Below the pieces are notes generated by a model that searched no databases, had not been told where the DNA came from, and saw only the letters and a list, made by a program, of their open reading frames with translations. Of a DNA stretch of 64,000 nucleotides, positions 1 through 13,593 are shown piece by piece (positions within the stretch are counted from its first letter, which is position 1; every line of letters starts with the position of its first letter). The position numbers were made by a program, and so were the translations under genes. The stretch is taken from assembly GCF_963921235.1 (NCBI RefSeq), contig NC_086097.1, forward strand, positions 57,662,001 to 57,726,000, given 5' to 3'. This stretch comes from Mobula hypostoma (Eukaryota).

Positions 1-1747
1 AGCATTTTCTTATAAAGCACTTCTAATACTTTCCATTTTTCTAACAATTGTTTAAAGACAACATAGATTAACATTTTAATATGCAGTTTTGATAACCTAT
101 TTATCTTGCAGTCTCAACTTATAGCTACACTGCTAAATTATTTTCTTAAATTGAGGATTATGATTTATCATGTTAGAATCTATGTTTATAATTGTGTTTT
201 GGTCACTTATGAATAATAAATTTGGAGTTTTTTATCAATGGAAAGATTGATAATATTAGTCTTTGTGGAAAAGCATTAAACTTTAATATAATGTGTGTTA
301 GTAGATTTCCTTTATTCTGTCTCAGATCAATATATTTTTAGTAGTAAAGTACCAATACCAATCGCCACTTAAAGATGGTGAGAAAAGCAAACAGATGTCT
401 GTTGCTGCTAACAGTTCACACATTCTGTCGACAAGCTGGCAAAAATTTATTCAGGAAACATGTTCATCTTACAAATCATTTTAAATTCATTAATTTTTTG
501 ACCAACAATCATTATTACAAAAATTGAAAGTTCCTGAATATCTGTGCATCAGTAAAAAACTAGTACACTAAACATGACCAAAGTACTTCTTATTGCCATA
601 GTCTATTCTTTTATAGTTGGTGTAGCTTGCAGACTAATTGCACTCAGATACGTTTTGTTGCTTTAACATTGGAAGATGCACCTTGTATCAAGTACTGACC
701 ATAAAAGAGGCTTTGTAGCATATGCATAGATTTGTCCAGCATAACTTCGGACACTGCACATAAGAATTATATATGCCTTTATTCAGACATTTTGCAATGC
801 ATTGCAAAACTGGTGTGCTTGTAATCTTCCTGTATTCTACAAACTGTTTTCTCAATTAAGATCATTTGAGCATTATGCAAAGTAATGCTGTTGATAAATT
901 GCATATATTGTAGGATGAAGAAGAAAAGTAAAGTTTTAAACTAGATTGAGAAGATGATTTTAAAAACATTGTTATACAAAGCTTACGACTTGAAACATCA
1001 TTCAAAATTAATCAGAGGAACTCTTCAGAATTAAGATAAAACGAACTAACTTCATTAAAATTGTAAGAACAGCCAACAGGCTCCGATTTCAGCATTCAGT
1101 AACAAAGCTGACATCGTCACTGCAGCCAGCGTTGTTATTTCATGGAAAATCATTGGCACTGGACACCCATATTCTCTTAGAAAACTTAGGAATAATGCAG
1201 AAGTGATTTTAATTTTAGATTTTAGTAATACAAAACTTTCATGACTAATGAAGAAAATTCTAATTTCACAGTACAACGTGCAAAAGGATCTAAAAATTCT
1301 CCACGATGCAGCTTCTCTCTCAACAGAACCATAAATATGGAAGATAAATGACAACTAGCAATATCTGTTTACTGTGTTTTTATAATGAAGATATGAAAGA
1401 GGAACATCGGACCTGATAAAATAAAAAAACAACTTCCAGTACAACATGCTACAGCATTATTGTGATAGATACAATTTCTTCCATATCTTTGCATCATTTA
1501 TTACAAACATCTCGCAAGCCGATAGTCGAAATAGGAAGAAAAGGGTATTTTTATTGACAATTTCACCATTCAAGGGGATGGTTCATTGAACAAAAGTCTG
1601 ATGGAATAATGAGAACTTGAAGGGAAACCAACCACTGTTTAGTGGTTATTCTATAGAGATTTTGAACCAGTGTTTTCTTTGAAGATAAGCAATGTTTGCA
1701 GGATATAGCAATCTGCAGATCCTCAAATTGATACTCTAAGAATTATG

Positions 1748-2240
1748 CTCAGTGGCTATTTTATTAGTAGGTATCGTTAATGCAGATATCTAATGAACCA
1801 ATCATGTAACAGTAACTCAATGCACAAAAGCATGTAGATGTGGTCAAGAAGTTCAGTTGTTGTTCAGACCAAACATTAAAATGGTGAAGAAATGTGACCG
1901 TGGAATGATTTTTAGTGCCAGATGGGGTGGTCTGAATATCTCAGAAACTTCTGATCTCATGGGATTTTCATACACAACAGTCTCTAGAGTTTACAGAGAA
2001 TTATGCAAAAAAACAAAACAAAAAGCATCCAATGAGCAGCAGTTCTGTGCCCAAAAACGCCTTGTTAATGAGAGAAGTCAGAAGAGAATGGCCAGAATGG
2101 TTCAAGCTGACAGGAAGGTGACAGTAATTAAACTAACCCCACTTTACAACTGTAGTGTGCAGAAGAGATTCTCTGAATGCACAACACATCGAACTTTGAA
2201 GTGGATGGGCTACAGCAGCAGAAGACCTCGCACATATACG
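1748..2240 (+). mobile_element. Tc1/mariner transposon fragment (HTH part of transposase)
   Basis: ORF 1857-2291 (DRGMIFSARWGGLNISETSDLMGFSYTTVSRVYRE...THRTLKWMGYSSRRP) is a Tc1 N-terminal paired-like HTH with no DDE domain. Decayed TIR CTCAGTGGCTATTTTATTAG at about 1748. Same family as 31180-31976. Confidence 0.85.
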
Positions 2241-2359
2241 CAGGCAATCTTTGGCCTGCAAAACAATTTAGAGCTTCTACAAAAGACATGATGTCAAGCA
2301 TCTTTATTCATTTTCCCACCTCAAGAGTAAGGTTAAAAGAAACACCAGAAATTTAGTAA

Positions 2360-2700
2360 TGGTTTATTGAGGTACAGTGAAAAAATTTAGTTTTGCGAGG
2401 CATGCATACAGATTAATTTAAAATACAAGTAGTTTGAGGGCAAAACAATAACACAATGCAGAATTTAGTGTTACAGAGAAAATACAGTGCTGGTAGAAAA
2501 GAAGGTGAAAAGGCCATGATGAGGTAGTTTATGTGGGATAGAAGCTGTCTTAGAGCCTGGTAATAAATATTTTAGAGCTTTTGTATCTCCTGTACAACGG
2601 ACAAGGAGAGAAGAGAGAATGCCTACAGTGGGAGGGAGTCTTTGATTATGCTGGCTGCTTTTCCAAAGCACTGAGGGGTAGTAGACAGAGTCCGTGGAGG
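2360..2700 (-). mobile_element. Old L2/Rex-like LINE 3' remnant
   Basis: Reverse strand resembles the L2/Rex RT C-terminus and AT-rich tail, like the better copies at 16440-17045 and 48820-49745. Confidence 0.5.
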
Positions 2701-3539
2701 CCAGATTTGGTGATTCTACTATTTACTTCATGTATGCCAGTCTACAAGTGATGAAGGTAAGTCTGATTCCAAAAATTGTAGTTGCAGAAACAATTACTAT
2801 AAAAATGAAATCATTGGAAATCTAGAAGGCTGAGGCTGCAATAATCCCAGACTGTGATCTTATTCTGGACGGAAGTGCCAGAAACAAATTACTCACAAAT
2901 CAATTAAAACTGGTTTGCAACATAGTAATTTTAGTACAAGTCACCATAATGGTCTGTATTTCATGATGAGCTCCCAAAATTTAAATATTGCGTAGCCTTA
3001 CAAATCAACAGCTTGCTGAAGTCCTTCATATCACCTTGATATGTACCAAACAGATTTTTAAAGACTATTGAGTAGGATGGAGTCCAGAAAGCCACTATCT
3101 CTGGGAATAATTAGTTATGATGCAGTGCATGAGTTTAGTATTTTTATATAGATTTTACAAAGTGGATTGTTAGCAATAAAAATACATGTACTGAAGTTCT
3201 ATGTGTTTCGTAACACTCAAATTTCTGAATGTTTTCTTAGCTACCCCTCTCCTATATCTTTACTGATATTTTAATGAAACAGCAATGAATAGTTTAAAGC
3301 ATCAATACAAACTGTAGGAATCTATACCTACCATTATCATCTATGTAAATCCTTAGATACACCTGTATTTAGGTCTTAAAATGTATGAGTAAAAATCATC
3401 ATTCTGTATGTAACTTCACTTTAGGCTCTCCAACACATAAATGGAGTTAAATGAGCTTGATCTAAAAGTCAGAACAAAGATGTGATTGTCTTGTGATCAA
3501 GGTTCAAAGATAAATATTTCAGGAAATAATGTTTCGAAA

Positions 3540-6500
3540 GGACAGACGAAATGCAAGAAGAAAGATGCCACTCATGATAATTAAGGATGATAAACCAGCA
3601 CTTGTGGAAAGTGATCTTGGGATAGAAGATTAGCTAGTAGTAGTTGAAGATAAAAGATAAAAAGGTACAAAAAATACTGTTGCGACTAGTTTATAGGCCT
3701 TTTTAACCAATTAAGAAACGGACTGTTTTAGATCTTGTTTTGTGTAACATGATAGGTTTAATCCTCTAGAGAAAAGTGATCGCAGTATGAAAGAACATTA
3801 CACTGAATGAGAATGACCCACCAAAGTCAGAACTAGAGTTATAAAATTGAGCTAAGGCAATTGTATAAGAATAAAGAATATTTGGCTGAGATAGATTGCA
3901 AAATTAGACTAAAAGGAGAATATGTAAAGAACAATGGCTTTATTTTTATCATCTGCCCATTTGATTGAGAAATAAAACTCTATCATAAACGTAATCCAAA
4001 TGAAATGACAAAAGAATTTTAAAATAGTTAATTAAAAGGGATGTATGATGTTTCCAAGCGGTGTTGTAAGCTGAGAACGAGGACCAGCAAACAAGAACCA
4101 AAAAAATGATGACAGAAGTCAATAAGTAAGAATAAATTAATAGAATTCTTTTTTTTAAAATTTGTAGTGTTAATACCAAGTTTACAAACAAAAAGTAGCA
4201 ATGTAAAAGAATTGTTTGGAGGGAGTCAGGATGGATTCTAGCAGGGTCTAGTAGATTGGAACGTGAAATATGAAGGACAGAAACAGGCCACTTGGTCCTT
4301 CACATTGACTCCACAGTTTAATATGATCAGTGTTGATCTGCTATCTCAATACCATATTGCTGCCCACTCCTTAAGTCCCTTGATATCATTTGAATTTAGC
4401 TATCTCTTTCTTATATTCAATAACTTAGTCTTTACTACCTTCTATGTTGGAGAATTTCACACATCTGCTAGTCATTGAGTAAAAAGAAATCATCTCAGTT
4501 ATAAAGCCTTGTTACATATCCTCAAATGTAACTTCTCCTTCTGGATTCTTGTCTAGTGGAAACATCTTAGCCTCGTTAAGTCAGTCTAGCTCTGTCAGAA
4601 TTTTGTTTATTTCAACGAGCTTACCATTTATTCTTCTAAACTCTAATGAATACAGCCCTAGTTGAATCAATCAGTCTTCATTGAATTCTATAGTACGTAT
4701 ATCTTTTCTTGGGTAAGGGGGCACGAATTAGACACAATAATCCAGGAAAGGTCTGACCAAGGCCCCGTAGAGTTGTAGCAAGAGTTTCTTCTGCGCCCAA
4801 AAGATCTTGCAGTGAAGATCAGCATACCAGTTACATTCTTATATGCTTTGTTTCGGTAACAAGTGTGCAAGGATTCCCACATGCATCAAAATTTATGAGT
4901 CTGTCACAATTTAAATAATATGCTGCCTTTCTGTATTTCCAACCAAAATAGATAACTTCACATTTATCTACATTGTACTGCATCTTTCATCTATTTGTTC
5001 ATTCACTCAACTTGACCTTGATAAATTTAGAAATATTAAATTTAGTTCCCTCATTCAAATTATTGATACATACTGTGAATAACTAGGGCCCAAGCTTCAA
5101 TTCTTTCAGAACACCTGTCTCTTCCATTTATTCCTGTTCTTTTTGTGTCTTACACCAACTAATTGTCAATCCATGCAAGTATAACACACCCAATCCCCAT
5201 ATACATTAATGTGGGGCCTTATCAATTGACTAATGAAAATAAAAACATGCCACATTCGATGATATCAGGTTATCTATTACCACGTACATCCTCAAAAACC
5301 TCCTGTGGGTTTATCAAACACAGTCTCATTTACATAAGTCCAGGTCCACTTTACCCACTCTTTCTGAGTATTTTATAATTACTCTCTCTCATCCCATCCT
5401 TTATTATTCCATTTTTTTCTGATGTTAGGCTGAACAATCTACAGATCTCTGTTTTCTCTTTTTTAAGTAGTGGAATTACACTTGTAACCCTACAATGTGC
5501 AGGAAATTTGCCATAGTGCACAGGATTTTGGAGGATAACAATGAATGCATTTCTTGTTTCCTTGGCTACTTCTTTTAGCACTTGGGGTAAATCCCAGGGC
5601 CCAGCCTGCATCCCCACTGTACCTCTAAATAAATAAATGTAATGGTTTCACCACTTTTTGCTCTCCATTATAATTTCTCCTGCTTCTCACTTTAAGGAAC
5701 CTGCATTTACCTTCAATAGTACTTTCTTTTTTAAATATATGTAGAATCTTTTGTTCAAAGGTTCAGTAATTATCAAAGTATACAACTCTGAAAATCTTCA
5801 GTTCTCCGGGTAGCCATGAAACCAAGAAAGAAAAAGAAAAGAAAGGCAGCACAGTCATCAACCCCTAAATCCCACCTCCCTAAAACAAAAGCAGAGCAGG
5901 TACATCAACCCCCAAATCCCCCTGGGTGCACAAAAACGGAGCAAAATGGATCGGATCTGTCAACCTCCAAATCCCTCCAGCACAAAAACCAAGCAAAATG
6001 GATCGGGCATGTCAACTTCCAAATCCCTCCTCCCGCACAAAAAAAAAACATAAAACTGGATCTGGTCCCACTTTTATGTTTTTCCAAGTTTGCTCTCACA
6101 TTCTGTTTTCCCTCAATCAAACCCTCAGTCCTTTTCAGCTGAGTTCTAAACTGCACCCATCCACAGACTTTCTGCTTTTGACGGGAACATTAAGTGCCAC
6201 CTCCATGGATCTAAGACTGTCTAATGTAAGCCATAGTTGGGTCACTTTTCCCTTTGTGTCTGCGGCAGAAAGGTATGTATTGCTGTTGAAGTTCCTGCAT
6301 TCATTCCTCAAAGTAATTAATATGATTTAAGAATAATTATATTTATTTATATAAGATGTTCCTTAAATTTAGGAATATGAAAGTAAAGTTTTCAACTTCA
6401 TGACTTTTAATCAAGCGCCCCAGTCAATTATAGGGTTACCTTCATAGCTTTGCTTAGGCTCAGAACTCAAATTCTGGATTGAACAACATCAGTTTTCATT

Positions 6501-7440
6501 TTGAAGAATTCTATCATGTTGTGATCACTCTTCTCTAAGGGAACTCACACAAAGTTATTAACTGAAAATCAAAAATGTCCAGTTGCTAGAAAGCTGAAGT
6601 AAAACAGACAATGCTAGAAACAGCATGTCAGATCAGACACAGTGTTTGAAGAAGAGAAACTGGAGTTAACATCTCACTCAAAGACCCTCCATCTCTACAG
6701 AACTAATGAAAAAGGTCTTCAACTTAAAATGTGTACAGGTTCTTTCTCCACAGAAGATTATTAAGAAACCCTTTCTCTGAATAATATCCAGTGTAGGATA
6801 GCCTGTTGCCCAGCTGACTCCTCAGGGTATTAGTCTAATAAAATCATTTTGTACACACTCCAAAAAATTCATCCTTCACACTACTTTTCATTATAATTAA
6901 TTATGGCCATTCAGTGCGTAGATTGAGATCAGACATTATCACTGAATTACTCTCTGTATGTGACTTTCTAACTTCCTATTATGATACTGTTCCCTACATA
7001 AACACTACTGTTTGAAAGCCTGTGGACAACACAAGGTGTCAAATGTAATACAGTACTACTATTGAAGAAAAGTGGGAGAGGGAAAATAGGGAACTATCCA
7101 TCAGCTTGCCTGCACAAGCTTGCTGAAAAATTGCAGTAATCCATTGTTAAACTAGTAATAAGAGAGAAAATCATAATACAACTAGACAGTATAACATGAT
7201 TTTTTACAACAAAATCTGATAACTTTCTGAGGGTATAGTGTTGAAATGTGTTCAAGGGGAACTAATGAATATAAAATATCTGGATTTTCAAATGGTACTT
7301 AAAACTATTATTGCAAAAGATTGGAAGATAAGAGATTACAAGGTTGGGATTGTAAATTGACAAGCAGAGAGGACTAGTTAAAAAATAAAATAGAGATTTG
7401 AATAAATTGGTCATCTTCAGATTGATTATTCTTGCTAGGG
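3540..7440. mobile_element. Cluster of heavily decayed CR1 LINE fragments on both strands
   Basis: Remnants such as VTSVIPLLKKEK (ORF 5351-5617), YLDFQ-like (7276-7292), a reversed CR1 3' UTR near 4270-4400 and endonuclease-like pieces at 3700-3960 (+) and 6430-6960 (-). Confidence 0.65.
5858..6065. repeat. Imperfect tandem repeat, about 4 units of 48-55 bp
   Basis: Recurring CAACCYCCAAATCCC...GCACAAAAA...GCAAAATGGATCGG, inside a small insertion starting TTCAAAGGTTCAG at about 5754. Confidence 0.75.
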
Positions 7441-7467
7441 CGGTGTTTAATTTGAGAATGATAATAA

Positions 7468-9447
7468 AAACATAGAAACATAGAAAATCTACGGCACAAT
7501 ACAGGCCCTTTGGCCCACAAAGCTGTGCTGAACATGTCCTTCCCTTAGAAATTACCTAGGGTTACCCATAGCCTGCTATTTTTCTGAGCTCCATGTACCT
7601 GTCCAGAAGTCTCTTAAAAGACCCTATCGTATCCGCCTCCGCCACCATCGCTGGCAGCCCATTCCACGCACTCACCACTCTCTGCGTAAAAAACTTATCC
7701 CTGACATCTCTGTACCTACTTCCAAGCACCTTAAAACTGTGTCTGTGCGAGCCATTTCAGCCCTGGGAAAAAGCCTCGGACTATCCACACGATCAATGCC
7801 TCTCATCATCTTGTACACCTCTATCAGGTCACCTCTCATCCTCCACCATTCCAAGGAGAAAAGGCCGAGTTCACTCAACGTATAAGGTGTGTTCCCCAAA
7901 CCAGGCAACATCCATGTAAATCTCCTCTGCACCCTTTCTATGGTTTCCACATGCTTCCTATAGTGAGGTGACCAGAACTGAGCACAGTATTCTAAGTGGG
8001 GTCTGACCAGGTCCTGTATAGCTGTAACATTACCTCTTGGCTCCTAAACTCAATCCCATGATTGACGATGGCCAATGCACCGTATGCTTTCTTAACCATG
8101 CAGTCAACCTGCGCAGCAGCTTTGAGTGTCCTATGGACTCAGACCCCAAGATCTGTCTGATCCTCCACACTGTCAAGAGTCTTACCATTAATACTATATT
8201 CTGCCATCATATTTGACCTACCAAAATGAACCACCTCACACTTATCTGGGTTGAACTCCGTCTGCCACTTCTCAGCCCAGTTTTGCATCCTATCGATGTC
8301 CCGCTGTAACCTCTGACAGCTCTCCACACTATCCACAACACCTCCAACCTTTGTGTCATCAGCAAATTTACCCCTCCACTTCCTCATGCAGGTCATTTAC
8401 AAAAATCACGAACAGTAGGGATACCAGAACAGATCCCTGAGGCACACCACTGGTCACTGACCTCCATGCAGAATATGACCCATTTACAACCACTCTTTGC
8501 CTTCTGTGGGCAAGCCAGTTCTGGATCCACAAAGCAATGTTCCCTCGTATCCCATGCCTCCTTACTTTCTCAATAAGCCTTGCATGGGGTACCTTGTCAA
8601 ATGCCTTGCTGAAATCCATATATACTACATCTACTGCTCTACCTTCATCAATGTGTTTAGTCACATCCTCAAAAAATTCAGTCAGGCTTGTAAGGCACGA
8701 CCTGCCTTTGACAAAGCCATGCTGACTATTCCTAATCATATTATGCCTCTTCAAATGTCCATAAATCCTACTTCTCTGGATCTTCTCCATCAACTTACCA
8801 ACCACTGAAGTAAGACTCACTGGCCTATAATTTCTTGGGCTATCTCTACTCCCTTTCGTGAATAATGGAACAACATCTGCAACCCTTCAATCCTCCGGAA
8901 CCTCTCCCATCCCCATTGATGATGAAAAGATCATTGTCAGAGGCTCAGCAATCTCCTTCCTCACCTCATACCGTAGCCTGGGGTACATCTCATCCGGTCC
9001 CAGTGACTTATCCAACCTGATGCTTTCCAAAAGCTCCAGCACATCCTCTTTCTTAATAGCTACATGCTCAAGCTTTTCAGTCCGCTGTAAGTCATCTCTA
9101 CAATGGCCAAAATTCTTTTCTGTAGTGAATACTGAAGCAAAGTACTCATTAAGTACTTCTGCTATCTCCTCCAATTCCATACACACTTTTCCACTGTCAC
9201 ACTTGATTGGTCCTATTCTCTTACGTCTATCCTCTTGCTCTTCACATACTTGTAGAATGCCTTGGAGTTTTCCTTAATCCTGTCCGCCAAGGTCTTCTCA
9301 TGGCCCATTCTGGCTCTCCTAATTTTTTTCTTAAGCTCCTTCCTGCTAGCCTTATAATCTTCTAGATCTCTATCATTACCTAGTTTTTTGAACCTTTTGT
9401 AAGCTCTTCTTTTCTTCTTGACTAGATTTACAACAGCCTTTGTACAC
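7468..9447 (-). mobile_element. CR1 LINE, 5'-truncated, RT pseudogene
   Basis: Minus ORFs 8887-9186, 8368-8820 ([33 protein letters not shown]), 8139-8396 (KFADDTK) and 7672-7950. Tail AAACATAGAAACATAGAA at the left end. Several frameshifts. Confidence 0.95.
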
Positions 9448-9479
9448 TGATAGTGTAGATGAGAGCACATGACACATAA

Positions 9480-10280
9480 ATTTAACATTTCACAATGAAT
9501 TGTAGTGCCCTGGGGAACATTGTAGAGCCGAGGGACCTATGAGTGCAGGAATATAGTTTGTGGAAAGCAGTATCACAGGTAGACAGGTAGTGAAGAAGCC
9601 ATAAAAGATACTGCAGATGCTGTATTCATGAGCAACACTTACAAAATGCTGGAGGGATTCAGCAAGTCGGGCAGCATCTGTAGAGAGGAATAAGTAATCA
9701 ATGTTTGAAGATGAGACCCTTAATCAGGTGAAGTAGGGGTTGGGTATGTTGGCCTTCATAGTCAGGGCACTGAGAATAAGTGTTAGGACATTATGCTGCA
9801 GTTATACAACATGTTGCAGTCACATTAAGAGCACTGTGTGCAGTTTTGGTCACCTCGTCATAGAGAGTGTGTCGCTTTGCTGGAAAGTGTGTAAAGAAGA
9901 TTTACAAAAATGTTGCCAGGATTTAAGGGCCTAAGTTATAGGAAACAATGGGAGAAGCTAGGAGTTTATTTCTTGGAACATAGGAGATTGAGGGGACCTT
10001 ACAGAATTGTATAAAATCATATGGGACATAGATAGGGTAAATGCACAAAACCTTTATTCTCGGGAAAGGGACTCGAAAACTAGCAGCTTAAGGTGAGAAG
10101 GGAAACATTTAAAAGGGGCCTGATGGACGTTATTTTGTTAGAAGGTGGTGCATATATGCCATGTGCTGCCAGAGAAAGTAGTGGTGGCAGGTACAATAAT
10201 GACATTTAAGAGACATTCAGCTAAGAATATGTAGAGGGAAGGTTTAGAGGGCATACTGGCCAAACGCAGCAAATGGGCTT
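9480..10280 (+). mobile_element. CR1 3' fragment interrupted by a Penelope-derived piece (about 9600-9727)
   Basis: GMLAFIVR and CVQFWSP-like text; the insert has ACAAAATGCTGGAGG...GCAGCATCT...GAGACCCT. Confidence 0.8.
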
Positions 10281-10864
10281 AGATAGCCATCTAATTATTA
10301 TTTTCTGTAACTCAACATAGAATTATCTAGCTCTCTCATATTCCCTCCGTTCAAATGAATGGAGAAGAATACTTTGCTCTTCCTTTGATGTGGTTTAAGG
10401 TAAATTCACTAACCCAGGTGGTGAGAAATCACTGTGACATTGCTCTCTTGCTAAAGACCAGTGCATCCCACAGCCTACTGCTCAGCAGAAAAACAGCAAC
10501 TTCTTCGTTTTCCACATTCACATGTCCAGTTACCCTCAAGTGGCTATCGTTGTTGCAGAGTTACAAAAACAAATGCTGAAAGTTTAGCTGTTATTCTAAA
10601 AAAACAGGTATCATTCACTTAAACGAGAATATATCCTCATGTAGGGTGTACAACTACTAGAGGAAGAAAACTAGAAATACACTTTGGTGTTGAGTGACAG
10701 GATGAATCACAAGTTCACACTTTGGTAAACATTTACTTGTAAGGATAATTCAGCTGTCTGAGATTTAAAAGTATTCAATCTGATAGTAATTATGTATATT
10801 ACTGCACGCTGTGAGAAATTTTGTGATAATGAATTTTGCTGTTCAAACTATCCGCAAAACATAG

Positions 10865-11400
10865 AAATTCAATTCCTAGTTTAATTGTCATTGTACCATA
10901 CATGAATACCGTAAATGAAACAGCATTACCAGCATTACTCCAGGGCCATGGTGCAAAACACAGTACTGTACCAATAGTCATACACAGCACAAGACACACA
11001 TAGCACATATAACACAGCAGTAAAATACAGTCACATAAAGAGTGAGGTATATAGTCCAAGTCCCTGAGCCCATGAATGTTGCAGCAGTCTGCAGTTGAAC
11101 ACAATACATCTTGTCTTCTGCCGAGCGAACACTGGAGGGCAGCACTGACACCAGCCTGTAAGCTGCTCCACACTCTGGTATGCCTCTGTGACACAGACAG
11201 AAGCACGATCTGCACCACCCAGCTCCTTCAGTTTCTCCACCAACAAGCAACTTACCGATGGGGTAAACATGCAGTACTTTAAGTTCTTAATATCCAGCAG
11301 GGTCTTGCAGTCGTTAAGTATATGTTCAAAAAAGACAAAAACACCTTTGGATGGCCCCGTAAAATCAGCTATGTCTGAGCTGCCCCCATCTTACCAGAAG
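10865..11400 (-). mobile_element. Unclassified non-autonomous repeat with L2-type tail
   Basis: Left end AATTCAATTC...TTTAATTGTCATT resembles the reversed L2-like tails elsewhere in the window; no coding signal. Confidence 0.45.
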
Positions 11401-13593
11401 TTATAATATAAACTATGTTTAAATTGACCACATGCACCTCTTGATTGGACTATCCATAAAATCACACCTGCTCTTTTTTATCTAAATAACTTATTGTCCC
11501 TAACTTATTTCATTATCTTAGAGTAATTTGGAACTAATGTTATCCCTCTTTTCCTCCAATAACCTCTTCTTCCTAATCTTATAAAAGTCTTGTCCTTGCA
11601 AATCAGCGGACCAGTATGGATACATACATAATTATGCAATCTATTAAGATATCACAACAGCTATTGTTGCTTCCATCACTGCAAAGTATTTATTATACCG
11701 ATCTAGCAATTCAATGGTTCAGTTTAATGTCAGAGAATATATACAGTATACAACATGAAATCATTACTTGTCACAGACATCCACAAAAGGGAGAGAAAAA
11801 AAACGAAGAATGAATGATAATAATCACCGGACTGCAAAATATAGTTTTAATGTGTTGAGATATTTTTAGCAATACAACAACTAAATACAAGTCTTCCTCT
11901 TCTGAGAGTGGAACCCATCGAAATCAATGTTCAGGTTTCACATATAGTTGCATAAACAGAACTACTGTACATGTCAATTGCAATGGAAAATGTGACCCTA
12001 GGAATCATCACAGCAAAGTTTTATAGTCTTCATTCAGAGCCTACTTCTGGAAAGAGCTGGATAGGAATTGGTAGCAGGGACTCCGGCTGACTTCACTCTT
12101 CCTGGTTAGACATGCTGAAGCCTTTTCTAGTATTCTTTGCCTAAACACTCCTGTTTAATTTGTTTAAGCCCAACACTGACCAGGAGTTGAGACCCAAGCT
12201 TTCCTGCTTTTTATTGGCTCAGGACCATTACAGCTTGTGCATTTAACTACCTAATCAATATACTAGATATTCAAAACTATTGTGGCTAATTTGGAAGGTT
12301 AATGTATGTGATACTCTTAAGCCTCACATTGACGGTATTACGTTTGATTTGCAACGTGCTAAGTTATGGTACATTTCTCATTGTTTTGCTTATTGATAGG
12401 CTGAAACCACCTTAACCAATTTTATTGCAGTATTGCTATTTACCCTCTTATTAAGAGAAGAGCCTTTTAGATTTTTGCTCTGCATGAAGCTGTTGTAATA
12501 AACATCACACACAAAATGTAACTGGTTAAGTTCAAAGTATTAGTAATCCGAACCATCCTTAGTCCTAAAAACCATGGTGTTGATCATATATTGTATAAAA
12601 TGTTCTTGTTAAAAGTCATGAGATAATCTATTTAAAAGAACAGGTTTCAATTTAAGGAATTACTTTTTCTTGTTGAAGGTACAATCATATTTTTTCAACT
12701 CAGACATATACTATCAGGTTGTTTTAATTAATATCTCATAAGTCCATGCAGAACCTAACAGATGAGCTCAGATCATTCTTGAAAAGCTTGTGTTTTTACT
12801 GCAGTAACTGGAGAAGAGGATAGAACTGATGCAAAGAGGAGAGGTCAGGAGATCAAAGCAACCCATTGAATGGTTTTACTTCAAACCAAAGTGACATTTA
12901 GCTCAGAGATCATATTTTACTGCTCACTGCTTAGGGGATTTCAAGGCAGCAGCTAAATGCGTCTGAAGAACTACACAAGCTGTCTCGTGTGATTTGTGTA
13001 AAGTATTGATGCACCTTCCATAGAGCATTGTCACTTTTACAAACTCATAAATATTTAGAAAGCAGAGCCTTTCATTTCAGTTATGAAGATTTCTTTGGTC
13101 CTGCAGCTGAATTACAGTCAGTCATGCTGTCTTACTAATGGGTCCTTTTAAGTATGGATATCAATGAAGAGGTGAATGAGATCAGCACTTTTTCATATTT
13201 TTGCACTTTGATTATCTTTGAGTTCATACAAAAAGGCTAGCAATAATCAACCAGAACAAAGGGAAAATAACCATCAAGAATTGTTAGACACGTTGAGAGC
13301 TATTTCTTCAGAAATAAGATGAAGCCTAAAAAGAGGTCCTAAAAATAAGTTTAATGTTGAGAAAATATTTCCATTTTGGGCCAAATCAGAAGAAAACTGC
13401 CAGTATTCAGCTGCTCCTGTGTTCAGCTTTGCCACGTTCCAGTGTCCAGACACAGCTGAGGTCTCCTTGGACCTTTTGCATGTGCCCAGGGTACTTGCAG
13501 GCATGCAGGGGACCAGCTGACAAGCAGAATGCAACTCATTCAGAACAATATCAAATGGATTCATTAATGCTAGGGAAGTCTAGATAATAATTA

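Noticed and set aside
1055..1354. 99-aa minus ORF (and similar short ORFs at 39149-39394 and 63470-63781)
   Set aside because: No recognisable motif or consistent splice signals; expected by chance.
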